Part shown: piece after piece, positions 55,547-64,000 of the stretch
How positions within the stretch are numbered: the first letter of the stretch is position 1
How the letters are laid out: each line of letters starts with the position of its first letter
From: a virus
Taxonomy: Duplodnaviria; Caudoviricetes
Length of the DNA stretch: 64,000 nucleotides
IMG/VR virus record: IMGVR_UViG_3300035156_000156
Coordinates: 508-64,507 of that record
Direction: 5' to 3' (one strand)
Notes under the pieces: generated by a model
Database searches by the model: none
Told to the model about the DNA's origin: nothing
The model's input: the letters and a program-made list of their open reading frames with translations, nothing else
Program-made: the position numbers and the translations under genes

Positions 55547-56613
55547 CAGCTTTCCTCCCCTGCGAACTTCGCCAGCGCGTTTGTCTCGGCCTTGTCGCAC
55601 TTGTCGAACAGTTCGATGTCCGTGCCCATCAGCTTCTTGAGGCCCTTCGACCCCTTGACCACCAACCGGCGCACTTCGGCGACATCGCGAGCCGCGCCCA
55701 AGTCTTCGATGTACTGCGCCGCCCAGCCCGCCGGGGTGTTGATGTCGTGCCCGCTGGCCGACAGCACGGGTTCGCGGGGTGCATCGGCCTGCTGGCGTTC
55801 CTGCTGCGGCTCCTGCACCTTCTGCTGCGGCGGGGGATCGTCGCGCACCTGCTGGCGCTGGGCACCGGGCAACGCCGGGGCACCGCCCAGCCGGGCGTGC
55901 GTGCCCGAACTGATCACCACCGCCTTGTCCTTTTGGTTCAGCCGACCGAACCATGCCGCATATTCGCCGTCGTCGGCGGCCTGCTGCGCGCCGACCAGCA
56001 ACGATTCCTGCCGATCGTTCAACTGTGCGCCGATCAGCGCGGTGCCGCCGTCATTGTCTTCGCCATCGAAACGCAGATTTAGCGTGGCCTTGGCGGCATA
56101 ACGTTGCAGGTAGCTGGCCGATGATCCGACCGATTGGATGGCACTACGCCCCGGCCCGGTGTCGGGCGGCCCCTTGATCGCGTGGCCGTGCTGAATCCAG
56201 CCGTTGGTGTGCCGAAGCACCGGCACCACCGTGATGTTGTTTCCTTCGTTGCCGATCAGATAATCGAGCGACAAATTGTTCGCCATCAGCACGGGGTCGG
56301 TGACGCGCTGTATGTCTTCGAATCGAGCGTACTTGGTCTTTTGGTGATTGTTTTCCCCGCGCTTAAAGACCGGCGCTATCTCGGCCTTGGCCTTGATCAG
56401 ATCGCGGTTGAACTCGGCCTGCCGGTCGCGATCTTCCAGCTTGAACATCAGGTCGGCCATGGCCACTGCCTTGGCCGGGTCCACGTCCGGGTTGGTCAGC
56501 GCCTCGCGCAGCAGCGACAGGCGCTGTTCGACGGTGATGCCGCCGCCGCTGGGCGCTGTTGCCACCTCCTGCCGGCCGCCGTCATATGCGGCCACGTTGC
56601 GGTTGTCAGTCAT
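55546..56613 (-). CDS. erf: ERF-family ssDNA annealing protein
   Basis: KYARFEDI...LRHTNG...QSVGSSASYLQRY...EDNDG. Confidence 0.88.
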   Translation of the reverse strand: MTDNRNVAAYDGGRQEVATAPSGGGITVEQRLSLLREALTNPDVDPAKAVAMADLMFKLEDRDRQAEFNRDLIKAKAEIAPVFKRGENNHQKTKYARFEDIQRVTDPVLMANNLSLDYLIGNEGNNITVVPVLRHTNGWIQHGHAIKGPPDTGPGRSAIQSVGSSASYLQRYAAKATLNLRFDGEDNDGGTALIGAQLNDRQESLLVGAQQAADDGEYAAWFGRLNQKDKAVVISSGTHARLGGAPALPGAQRQQVRDDPPPQQKVQEPQQERQQADAPREPVLSASGHDINTPAGWAAQYIEDLGAARDVAEVRRLVVKGSKGLKKLMGTDIELFDKCDKAETNALAKFAGEES

Positions 56614-57341
56614 CGTCCACTTCTCCGGTCAAGTTCGATTGCGGCGTTGTATTTCAGGTCTTCTTCCATGGTGGCATTCTGCACCATCCACGACAGGAAC
56701 CCGTGCGGCACGTCGGCCCACGGCTTGCCGCGGTGTTCGCCGATCGGGCAGCGCGGCATCAGCGCCGGTTGGCGCGACCACGCCGATAGCTGTGGCCCGG
56801 TCATTCCGGCGTCGTACAGCGCCTTCAACACCCACGCCGTGGCGTAGGCGTCGGGCAGGGCGCGGTGTGACGGCGTGATGCGCTCGGCGATCGGGGCGAC
56901 CTTGCCCTGATCCTCAAGCCAATACAGCAGGCCGAACACGCTGTGGCTGGGCGCTTCCGGCCATATGCGCAGCGCCGCCTTGTAGCTGCACAACAGTGGT
57001 ATGTTGCCCTCGGCGGCCCGTTGCACCCACTGGCCTTCGAAGTCGGCCTTGTGGGCGACCAGCGCCACCGCCGGGCGGGCCAGCGCAGCCGTCACCAGCT
57101 TCTCGGCATCGAACGCCGGCAGCAGCCCGCCGGTGGCACACCGCAGGTCGCTGGCCCTGATGTGGTGCACCATGCGCGTTTCCGGGGGCACAACCTCGGC
57201 ACCGCACAGGTAGCTGTCGCCGGTCAGCACCTTGCCGGCGGTGCGGTCATAGTCGCAGAACCCCACCTCGATCACCTCGGCAGGCGGGGCCATGCCGGTG
57301 GTTTCGAAGTCGAACACGCGCATGATCAGCGGTTCGGTCAC
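56610..57341 (-). CDS. DEDDh 3'-5' exonuclease (exonuclease X-like)
   Basis: DFETTG, VAHKADFE, HRALPDAY; C-terminal GEHRGKPWADVP..FLSW. Confidence 0.9.
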   Translation of the reverse strand: MTEPLIMRVFDFETTGMAPPAEVIEVGFCDYDRTAGKVLTGDSYLCGAEVVPPETRMVHHIRASDLRCATGGLLPAFDAEKLVTAALARPAVALVAHKADFEGQWVQRAAEGNIPLLCSYKAALRIWPEAPSHSVFGLLYWLEDQGKVAPIAERITPSHRALPDAYATAWVLKALYDAGMTGPQLSAWSRQPALMPRCPIGEHRGKPWADVPHGFLSWMVQNATMEEDLKYNAAIELDRRSGR

Positions 57342-58645
57342 TGTACGCCGTCCAGCCAATAGCCGTTGAAGTCGATGTCGCTGAACGTGCCCTCGGGTTC
57401 GATCGGCTGCCATGGCTGGCCGGGTTCGTACACCTGCGAGTAAAGCACGAACTGCCCCTTGGCGTGTTCGACATCAACCAGCCCGCGCATGAACAGCTTT
57501 GTGCGCTTGCGCGCGCCTTCCTCCACCGCAGCGACCGCGGCGTCATCAGCCCCGGCGTGGCCCAGCTTGGTGTTGAACGGCACTTCGTAGAACTGAACGT
57601 GCCGGCTCCACAGGTTCGGGATGCCGCCCTTTTCTTGGAACACGTAGTGGCAGGCCAGTTCGGACGGCTTGATCTGGATTGCCGCGATCAGCGCGCGTTG
57701 ATCGTCGGTGGCCTCGCCGATGATGCACAGGCCATCGTTGCGCACCGCCTCGATCCCCTCGCGATACGTGACGGCCTGCATGTAGTAGCGCGAATAACGG
57801 AAGGCGTCAGACAGCGCCTGTTCGGTGTTTTTGCCGTTCGGGTTGGCGTACGATTTCAGATCGGTCCACAGGTCGGGTCGCAAGTAGTCCACCCGGCACT
57901 TCATCTTGATGCCGTCTGCATCGGTCCAGAAGATCGACACTTCGGCCGCGCCGCCGGTGAACTTGTCAGCGATCGGGCTGCTGGCCATGCGCTGCATATC
58001 GACCACGATGTCATCCCACACCTCGGCGGGCAGCGGCACCCGGTCGCCGCGCTCGGCCTCCCACGCCGCCAGTTCGGTGTGCCAGACCGTGCCGGGGTAG
58101 CCGGCGTCGGCCAGCCGCTTGGCCTGTTCGGCAACGCTGCCCGACTTCGGCAGATCAAGGTCGCCCAGCGCCTTCGACATATCGGTGCCGGTGAACAGCG
58201 TGCCCTTGGGCATATCGCCCTTGTCCAGCGCGCGCACGTAGCGGTCGGCAAAGGCATCAGGCTCGAGTCTGGCGCAGTGGTAAGCCTTGCCGATCACCTG
58301 CGCCGGGGTGCTGCCGTCGTCCAGCGGTGCGCGATCGGGATCAAGCCACGAACCTGCCCAGAACGTGCCGGGCGACACCGCGATCTTGGCCAGCCCGGAA
58401 GCCGACAGGCGCGGCACGCCGTGGTAAACCTCGTCGGGCAGGTCGAAATAAACGCCGTCAACGATGGCGTCGATCTGCGCCTGTATCTTGGCGATGCGAT
58501 CGGCGGCGCTGGTGTCGTCGGCCGGTTCCGTATCCGTCGGCAGCACGGTGCCGGTTGCAGCCTTGCGCGCCTTGGTCGCCTTGGCGGCCGGCGGGTCGGC
58601 GGGCACTTCGATGCCGTTCAGGGCGTCATCAAACATATTGGCCAT
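57338..58645 (-). CDS. RecE / exonuclease VIII-like PD-(D/E)XK nuclease (DUF3799)
   Basis: YH....LSASGL, GKAYHCARLEP, EVSIFW...KCRVDYL...DLKS, YYMQA..Y. Confidence 0.88.
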   Translation of the reverse strand: MANMFDDALNGIEVPADPPAAKATKARKAATGTVLPTDTEPADDTSAADRIAKIQAQIDAIVDGVYFDLPDEVYHGVPRLSASGLAKIAVSPGTFWAGSWLDPDRAPLDDGSTPAQVIGKAYHCARLEPDAFADRYVRALDKGDMPKGTLFTGTDMSKALGDLDLPKSGSVAEQAKRLADAGYPGTVWHTELAAWEAERGDRVPLPAEVWDDIVVDMQRMASSPIADKFTGGAAEVSIFWTDADGIKMKCRVDYLRPDLWTDLKSYANPNGKNTEQALSDAFRYSRYYMQAVTYREGIEAVRNDGLCIIGEATDDQRALIAAIQIKPSELACHYVFQEKGGIPNLWSRHVQFYEVPFNTKLGHAGADDAAVAAVEEGARKRTKLFMRGLVDVEHAKGQFVLYSQVYEPGQPWQPIEPEGTFSDIDFNGYWLDGVQ

Positions 58646-58666
58646 CGGGTTTCCTTTGTTGGGTGG

Positions 58667-58903
58667 TCAGTAAGGGTTGGGGATGCCGCGCAGGCCGCGT
58701 TCGTGCTGGCCTTGGATGGCCTCGCCGATCGTCTCACCGTAGGCGTTGATCGGCTTGCCGGGGTCCATGCGTTCCAGCGCGTCGGCGATCCGCTTCAAGC
58801 TGACCGCCATGCTGGCACCCCACAGGTCGGCCCCGCCGTACAGGTAGGCCGCCATGGCCGGTTCCTCTAGGACGTGGCGCAGCTTGTCGATTGGTTCGGT
58901 CAT
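58667..58903 (-). CDS. Hypothetical protein
   Basis: ATGA coupling; ASMAVSLKRIADALE motif. Confidence 0.65.
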   Translation of the reverse strand: MTEPIDKLRHVLEEPAMAAYLYGGADLWGASMAVSLKRIADALERMDPGKPINAYGETIGEAIQGQHERGLRGIPNPY

Positions 58904-59103
58904 ACCCGGTTCCACCTGTCTCGGATCAACGAAACGCTGATCAGGATGGCGATCACCACGCTGCTGCCCAAGTCGTTCGCCAGCGCCCACCCGGTTCGGG
59001 TCGCGTCGGTGGTGGTGATCGCCCATGCCCACACTACCAAAACCATCGCCAGCAAGCCGATCCGGTACACCCATCGACACACGGTTTCGACCACACCCCA
59101 CAT
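58900..59103 (-). CDS. Small two-TM membrane protein
   Basis: TAATG coupling; two hydrophobic segments. Confidence 0.6.
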   Translation of the reverse strand: MWGVVETVCRWVYRIGLLAMVLVVWAWAITTTDATRTGWALANDLGSSVVIAILISVSLIRDRWNRV

Positions 59104-60536
59104 TAGAACACCACCGTGGTCTGTGGCACGTCGCCCGCGACGATCGCCTGCACGATCTTCGCCGCGGCGTCTTCGTCCACGCCCCCGGCTTTCATAATCG
59201 CTTTGGTGGCCACGGCCTTCACCCGATCGCGGTGCGCCTGATCCTCGGCCCGCTGGGCCGCCTCGTCGGCGATGCGCTGCAATCGCGCGGCTTCGGCGTC
59301 ACGTGCGATCTGCGCGTCGCGTTCCTTCTGGCGCTCAGCCTCGCGCTGGCGCTCGGCTTCGACCTCCTTGGCGCGCTCGGCCGCGGCGGCGTCGGCGATC
59401 TTCTGCGCTTGCGCACGCTGTTCGGCCAATTCGGCAGCGTGTGCCGCCTCGCGCTGGGCGCGCCGGCCATCAGCCACCGCCCGCAAGCGACGTTCGCGCA
59501 GCCGGGCCACACGCGCCACCCGGTCGCGCTCGGCCTGCGCTTCGGCCGCCGCGATGCGCTGGCGTTCGGCTTCGGCGCGGTCGCGCTCGGCCTGCTGCGC
59601 GCGCCGGCCGTCGGCGACGAGGCGCAAGCGGCGCTGCCGGATCGCGGCCAGCCGGTCGGCGTTATCTCGGCGCGCCCGCTCGGCGGCAGCTTCCTCGGTA
59701 GCCTTGGCGGCTTCCTCCTCCTGCCGCTGACGCTCCTGTGCGCGTAGCTGTTCCAGTTCGGCGCGCTCGGCTTCCACCTGTTCCAGCCGCTTGCACCCGG
59801 CCACCAGCGCACCGATCGCCGACCGCTGCCACTCCACCGCAGTCGCGGCTTCGTCCTCGGTCCACTGCGGCGCTGCGAACGTCATTGCGCCGATCGCATA
59901 GCCCCGGCTGCGCACGGTCGCCGCGGTGTCATCATCGGCGATCACCATATCGCGGCGCATCTGCGCGATCGTCGCGCCGTTGGCGTCGATCCGCACCTGT
60001 TCGGCGGCTTCCCAATCGGTCAGCGGCTTGCGCACCTCCTTGGCCAGCGCGTCAAGTTCGGTGGTGATCAGGTTGCGCGTCGCGTTCACGGCGGTGATCG
60101 TTGCGCGCGCTTCCTCGGTCAGCTTCTTGCCGGCAGCGTCCAGCGATGTCTTCGCCTTCGTCACCTTGAACGCCTCGGTGGCGATGGCCTTGCGGCTGGT
60201 GGGCGTGGACAGGTCGGGCACGAACTTGCCCACTTGTTCCCTGATCTTGGCGGCAAACTCGCTGTACGCCTTGCCGTCGGTAAACACCGTGATCGGGTTG
60301 GCCTGCACGCTGACCACCAGCGCGCCCAGCCCGCCCGCGTCGGCGGCTTCGACCACATCGGCAGACTGATCGGCGGGTTGCTCGATCACCTGTTCGGCGG
60401 CGGGCGGGGGCGTTGCCGCCTTGATCGCGCCCTTGGGCGGCTTGCGCAGCTTCTGGCCGCGGTCGCCCGGCTTAGTGGGCGAACGCATATGCTCGGGCAG
60501 GGCGCTGGCGGGCGGGTCATCGAACAGGCTGGTCAT
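59103..60536 (-). CDS. Long coiled-coil phage protein (often labelled TolA-like)
   Basis: PDLST..SRKAI...A.KVTKAKT.LD..GK.L and VRKPLTDWE motifs; Ala/Glu/Arg-rich; GGAG RBS. Confidence 0.85.
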   Translation of the reverse strand: MTSLFDDPPASALPEHMRSPTKPGDRGQKLRKPPKGAIKAATPPPAAEQVIEQPADQSADVVEAADAGGLGALVVSVQANPITVFTDGKAYSEFAAKIREQVGKFVPDLSTPTSRKAIATEAFKVTKAKTSLDAAGKKLTEEARATITAVNATRNLITTELDALAKEVRKPLTDWEAAEQVRIDANGATIAQMRRDMVIADDDTAATVRSRGYAIGAMTFAAPQWTEDEAATAVEWQRSAIGALVAGCKRLEQVEAERAELEQLRAQERQRQEEEAAKATEEAAAERARRDNADRLAAIRQRRLRLVADGRRAQQAERDRAEAERQRIAAAEAQAERDRVARVARLRERRLRAVADGRRAQREAAHAAELAEQRAQAQKIADAAAAERAKEVEAERQREAERQKERDAQIARDAEAARLQRIADEAAQRAEDQAHRDRVKAVATKAIMKAGGVDEDAAAKIVQAIVAGDVPQTTVVF

Positions 60537-60596
60537 CGTTGCATTCTCCGTGCAGTTGCTATCCTCGCCCCGGCGCATGGCCGGGGTCCGGTAGCA

Positions 60597-60815
60597 TCAG
60601 TCTTCGGTGCCGGTCTCGGTGGTCGCAGCCGGCTCGGTGCCGGCGTCCTCGGCGACCACACCACTGGTCATCAGCTTGACCAACTCGGCCTGCTTGAGCG
60701 GCGGCGACACGGTAAACACCTTCTTCGCGGCGTGACGCAGCGCGGCCGACGGATTATCCGCCTGCACCAGCCGGGGCTTGTCGCTGCCCTGCTGTTCGAT
60801 CTTGTAATAGGCCAT
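60597..60815 (-). CDS. Small phage protein
   Basis: AAGGAG RBS; RLVQA.NPSAALRH motif. Confidence 0.75.
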   Translation of the reverse strand: MAYYKIEQQGSDKPRLVQADNPSAALRHAAKKVFTVSPPLKQAELVKLMTSGVVAEDAGTEPAATTETGTED

Positions 60816-60862
60816 TGGGGTCTTCTCCTTGTGATGCCCGGCAGGATTGCCCGGCGGGGTGA

Positions 60863-61048
60863 TCAGATGGCGCGCAAACGTTCGGCGGCGAGGCGATGCG
60901 CACGACGGCGTGGACGTTCGTGGCGTACCTGCCGGCCGTCCTCGGCCACGATGTACAGGTGCAGATCGGTGCCCAGCACCAAGTGCCCCGGCTTCTTGAC
61001 CGACTGCACAGTGCCGTTGATTGCCTCTTGGTCGGGTATCGTTGCCAT
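60863..61048 (-). CDS. Hypothetical protein
   Basis: AGGAGG RBS. Confidence 0.7.
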   Translation of the reverse strand: MATIPDQEAINGTVQSVKKPGHLVLGTDLHLYIVAEDGRQVRHERPRRRAHRLAAERLRAI

Positions 61049-61064
61049 GCGTTCCTCCTGCGGA

Positions 61065-61415
61065 TCAGTTGTCGTCGCGCGCGGCGGCCATCGCCTCGCG
61101 ACGTGCGGTTGCGATTTCGCCCGGCACCAGCCGGGCCGTGCCCACCTTCTCGCCCTCGTCGCGGCGCACCCGGATATAGATTTCGCTTGCCCGGCCCTTG
61201 AACACAAAGACGACCTTGCAGCCGTAGCCCCACGGCATCACCGCTTCGACCAACACCAGCGCGCGATAATATGCGTGCGCCTCGGCAGTCACCTGCACGA
61301 TGTCGCCCGGAAAGATCGGGGCAGGTTTCGGTTCAACTGGCGCGGCGGTTTCAGGCACTGACGAACTCCGGGTGGGCCGCTCGTTTGTATGAGTCGGGCC
61401 GTTCGTTTGGGCCAT
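61065..61415 (-). CDS. Hypothetical protein (SH3/KOW-like pattern), first leftward gene
   Basis: PGDIVQVT...LVLVEAV..WG. Confidence 0.65.
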   Translation of the reverse strand: MAQTNGPTHTNERPTRSSSVPETAAPVEPKPAPIFPGDIVQVTAEAHAYYRALVLVEAVMPWGYGCKVVFVFKGRASEIYIRVRRDEGEKVGTARLVPGEIATARREAMAAARDDN

Positions 61416-61485
61416 CAGGGCGCGGAAAGCAAACCTAAACTTAACAATTGCTTTGCAAACATGGGTGCGCTTATAGCCGCAACCC
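61416..61485. promoter_or_regulatory. AT-rich divergent promoter region
   Basis: Point of strand switch; inverted repeat AAAGCAA/TTGCTTT (61426-61454) and palindrome TTTGCAAA. Confidence 0.65.
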
Positions 61486-61686
61486 ATGACCAGCGAAGAA
61501 GCCATCCAATCGATCGAGGACCGGGCCTATGCGGCCCGCATCACGATCGCCGCCCTATGCGCCGAAGCCAAGGTGCACCACGCCTCTTGGTCGCGCGCCA
61601 AGGGCAACCGACGCATCGGTGTGCGCCTGTTAAGCCGGCTAGAAGGCGCGCTTGATCAGATCGAGCGCGCCCGGAAGACCGCATAA
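61486..61686 (+). CDS. Cro-like HTH regulator
   Basis: ITIAALCAEAKVHHASWSRAKG; first rightward gene. Confidence 0.7.
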   Translation: MTSEEAIQSIEDRAYAARITIAALCAEAKVHHASWSRAKGNRRIGVRLLSRLEGALDQIERARKTA

Positions 61687-62216
61687 TGGGCAAGCGTTCG
61701 CCGGGCTTCGAACGTCGCCCGCAAGACTTCTATCGCACGCCTTGGGAGGCGGTGCGACCGCTGCTGCCGCACCTGCCCAGCCGGTGCAGCTTCGTAGAGC
61801 CGTGCGCCGGTGACGGCGCGCTGGTCGATCACCTCAAGAGCGTCGGCCATATCTGCGTCGGCGCGTGCGACATCGAACCGAAGCGTGGCGACATCACCCG
61901 CGGCAGCGCCTTCGCGGTTAAGTGGCGCGCCAAAAACGGGCTGTTCATCACGAACCCGCCTTGGACGCGCGAAGTGATGCACCCGATGATCAAGCACCTG
62001 TGTCGGCAGACGCCGGCGTGGTGCCTGTTCGATGCCGATTGGGCGCACACCGTTCAGTCGGCCGCGCTCTATCCGTACCTGCGCAAGATCGTCAGCGTCG
62101 GCCGGGTCCAGTGGATCGAAGGCACCGGAATGAGCGGCAAGGATAACGCCGCTTGGTATCTGTTCGACGGCACCCGCCCGCAGTCGTTTGTCGAGTTTCA
62201 CGGGAGGGTCGGTTGA
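61686..62216 (+). CDS. Small phage DNA methyltransferase (probable N6-adenine)
   Basis: DFYRTP, EPCAGDGAL (motif I), ITNPPW (motif IV). Confidence 0.85.
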   Translation: MGKRSPGFERRPQDFYRTPWEAVRPLLPHLPSRCSFVEPCAGDGALVDHLKSVGHICVGACDIEPKRGDITRGSAFAVKWRAKNGLFITNPPWTREVMHPMIKHLCRQTPAWCLFDADWAHTVQSAALYPYLRKIVSVGRVQWIEGTGMSGKDNAAWYLFDGTRPQSFVEFHGRVG

Positions 62217-63196
62217 CCGTTCAAATCATCGTCGGCGATTGCCGTTCGTCGCTGGCGGATATGGCGTCCGAAAGCGTCAACTGCTGCGTCACTTCGCCAC
62301 CATACTTCGGCCTGCGGGACTATGGCCACGATGGTCAGATGGGCCTCGAAGAAACACCAGACGAGTTCGTTGCCGGAATGGTCGGCGTGTTCCGCGAAGT
62401 GCAGCGCGTGCTGCGAGACGACGGCACGCTATGGCTTAACATCGGTGACAGTTATGCCAGTCAACCGTCATGGGGAAGGGGAGGCGGTTCGACGCTGGAA
62501 GGCCGTAAGCAGGGGTTAGAAGGTGGTCGCAGTACCGACCGCACGAAGCTGCCGGGGTTGAAGCAGAAAGACTTGATCGGCATCCCTTGGATGCTCGCGT
62601 TCGCCCTCCGCGCAGATGGCTGGTATCTTCGGCAGGAGATCATCTGGCACAAGCCCAATCCGATGCCGGAAAGCGTCACTGATCGGTGCACCAAGGCGCA
62701 CGAAAGCCTGTTCCTGCTGACAAAATCGCCGCGGTATTATTTTGATGCACAAGCCATTAGCGAACCGCTCGCAGATGCAAACGCTCAAAGAACCACCGAC
62801 AATTACAACACCAAAGATCGGTATGGCGCAGCCAACGGAGGCAACAGTGGCCTTGACGGTTTGGCGGCTCGGATGCGCGCAGGCGACGTTTCGACCCGCA
62901 ACAAGCGGTCGGTCTGGACTGTCGCCACACAGCCTTTCAGCGGCGCGCATTTCGCCACGTTTCCGCCCGCGCTGATCGAACCGTGCATCCTTGCTGGCAC
63001 AGCGCCGGGAGATACGGTCCTCGATCCATTCGGCGGTGCGGGCACTACCGGACTTGTTGCCGATCGGCTGCAACGTCACGCCACCTTGTTGGAATTGAAC
63101 CCGGAATACGCGGCCCTCGCACGGTCGCGCATCGACACAGACCGCGGCGGTGGTCTGCTGGACGCAATGGAAACCGCCCAAGCACGGAGCATATGA
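62213..63196 (+). CDS. Beta-class N4-cytosine/N6-adenine DNA methyltransferase
   Basis: VTSPPY precedes HFATFP and VLDPFGGAGTTG; GGAGG RBS with TTG start. Confidence 0.92.
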   Translation: MTVQIIVGDCRSSLADMASESVNCCVTSPPYFGLRDYGHDGQMGLEETPDEFVAGMVGVFREVQRVLRDDGTLWLNIGDSYASQPSWGRGGGSTLEGRKQGLEGGRSTDRTKLPGLKQKDLIGIPWMLAFALRADGWYLRQEIIWHKPNPMPESVTDRCTKAHESLFLLTKSPRYYFDAQAISEPLADANAQRTTDNYNTKDRYGAANGGNSGLDGLAARMRAGDVSTRNKRSVWTVATQPFSGAHFATFPPALIEPCILAGTAPGDTVLDPFGGAGTTGLVADRLQRHATLLELNPEYAALARSRIDTDRGGGLLDAMETAQARSI

Positions 63197-63861
63197 TGGC
63201 AGAACAAGATGACCCGTTGGCCGCGACGGCGCGCGCGCTGAACGAAGAACGCAAATCGAGGTCGCGCAAGGGCCCGGTTGATGACGGCGGCGAAGCTGGT
63301 GACGTGGCTGGTGCGGTTGCCGGCCTTGGTGCGGCAGTCGATGCCAATGCCCCGCCCGAGGAAAAAACCGACCACAGCGAAGCCGCCCATGAAAAAGCGA
63401 TCGAACAGATGGAAGCGATAGCCACCGACGCGGTGATCACCGACAAGCATCTGATCGCGTTCGGCCGCGACTTCATGCTCGATCAGATCAAGTCGCGGCC
63501 CAAGGTGTGGGGCCAGACGCCGGAAGATCAGAAGCGCGACGTGGCCGCGGCATGCGAACACGCCAGCACCGAGTTCATCCGCAAGATCGTGGAAGCACTG
63601 GCCACGGGCGGCAAGCAAACCGTCCGGGTGCTGCTTACCAAGGTCACGCTGGGCGACGACATCGTGATCGCGGGCAAGGTCAAGACGTTCGCCGAGGACG
63701 AAGAAGACGCCGCGGTGGTGATGCTGCACGGGGCACGCGGCAAGCACGTCATGCTGACCGTCGCCAGCGCCGACGATTATCGCGGCGGCGATCAGGCCGA
63801 CATCGAACTGGACGAACCGCCGCTCGATTTCGAGCGGTCGCGCGATCCCGACGACGACTGA
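63193..63861 (+). CDS. Hypothetical phage protein
   Basis: GGAG RBS; ATGA coupling. Confidence 0.75.
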   Translation: MMAEQDDPLAATARALNEERKSRSRKGPVDDGGEAGDVAGAVAGLGAAVDANAPPEEKTDHSEAAHEKAIEQMEAIATDAVITDKHLIAFGRDFMLDQIKSRPKVWGQTPEDQKRDVAAACEHASTEFIRKIVEALATGGKQTVRVLLTKVTLGDDIVIAGKVKTFAEDEEDAAVVMLHGARGKHVMLTVASADDYRGGDQADIELDEPPLDFERSRDPDDD

Positions 63862-63935
63862 TGCCACGGGAGGGCGGGGGTGACACGCGCGCCCGCCCCG
63901 ACGACGGCATGAAGCCGAACACAGGAGAACCACCC

Positions 63936-64000
63936 ATGGCAGACGAAAACACCGCAGCACCGACGCGCGCCGAACCGACGGTCGAACACCGCATCAACAC
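63936..64000 (+). CDS. Start of a gene truncated by the window end
   Basis: AGGAG RBS; MADENTAAP... open to the edge. Confidence 0.55.
   Translation, partial: MADENTAAPTRAEPTVEHRIN

Larger units (their letters stand above)
1..64000. mobile_element. Tailed dsDNA bacteriophage genome (siphovirus-type), nearly complete and circularly permuted
   Basis: Contiguous terminase, portal, capsid, tail and lysis modules plus phage replication and recombination genes; no host housekeeping genes. Confidence 0.97.

Noticed and set aside
61440-61456. CtrA box (TTAA-N7-TTAA)
   Set aside because: Only one TTAA half-site; the second half is TTTG
1-64000. Stop-codon reassignment
   Set aside because: All recognisable genes are intact in the standard code, use TAA, TAG and TGA as stops, and no suppressor tRNA is present

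Overview
The window is almost a complete genome of a GC-rich, tailed dsDNA phage with a lambda-type siphovirus tail tip. It is circularly permuted and cut inside rusA at the left end and inside an unknown gene at the right end. The host is probably an alphaproteobacterium (inference only). + strand, in order: RusA, a DUF1376-type replication initiator with internal iterons, a helicase-loader-like gene, about 30 small coupled ORFs, a ParB-methyltransferase fusion, terS/terL, an insert (small lipoprotein, initiator-type tRNA-Met with an aberrant anticodon loop, and a ~1430-aa Ig-repeat/glycoside-hydrolase-like protein), then portal, head, tail and a six-gene lysis region. - strand early arm (47.2-61.4 kb): a DnaA C-terminal-domain protein, small genes behind three homologous promoter/operator/leader cassettes, a small protein ending in -AGG paired with a Cys/His-containing partner, HNH-like, HD hydrolase, ERF, DEDDh exonuclease and RecE-like genes. 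A Cro-like gene and two more DNA methyltransferases follow on the + strand. I see no integrase, CI repressor, CRISPR array or reverse transcriptase. Best candidates for new biology: the putative ubiquitin-like protein plus partner (53.0-54.0 kb), the altered tRNA-fMet, the giant hydrolase between terL and portal, and the repeated TGCGG-N3-CCGCA promoter cassettes. All protein assignments come from motifs recognised by eye; no database searches were run.
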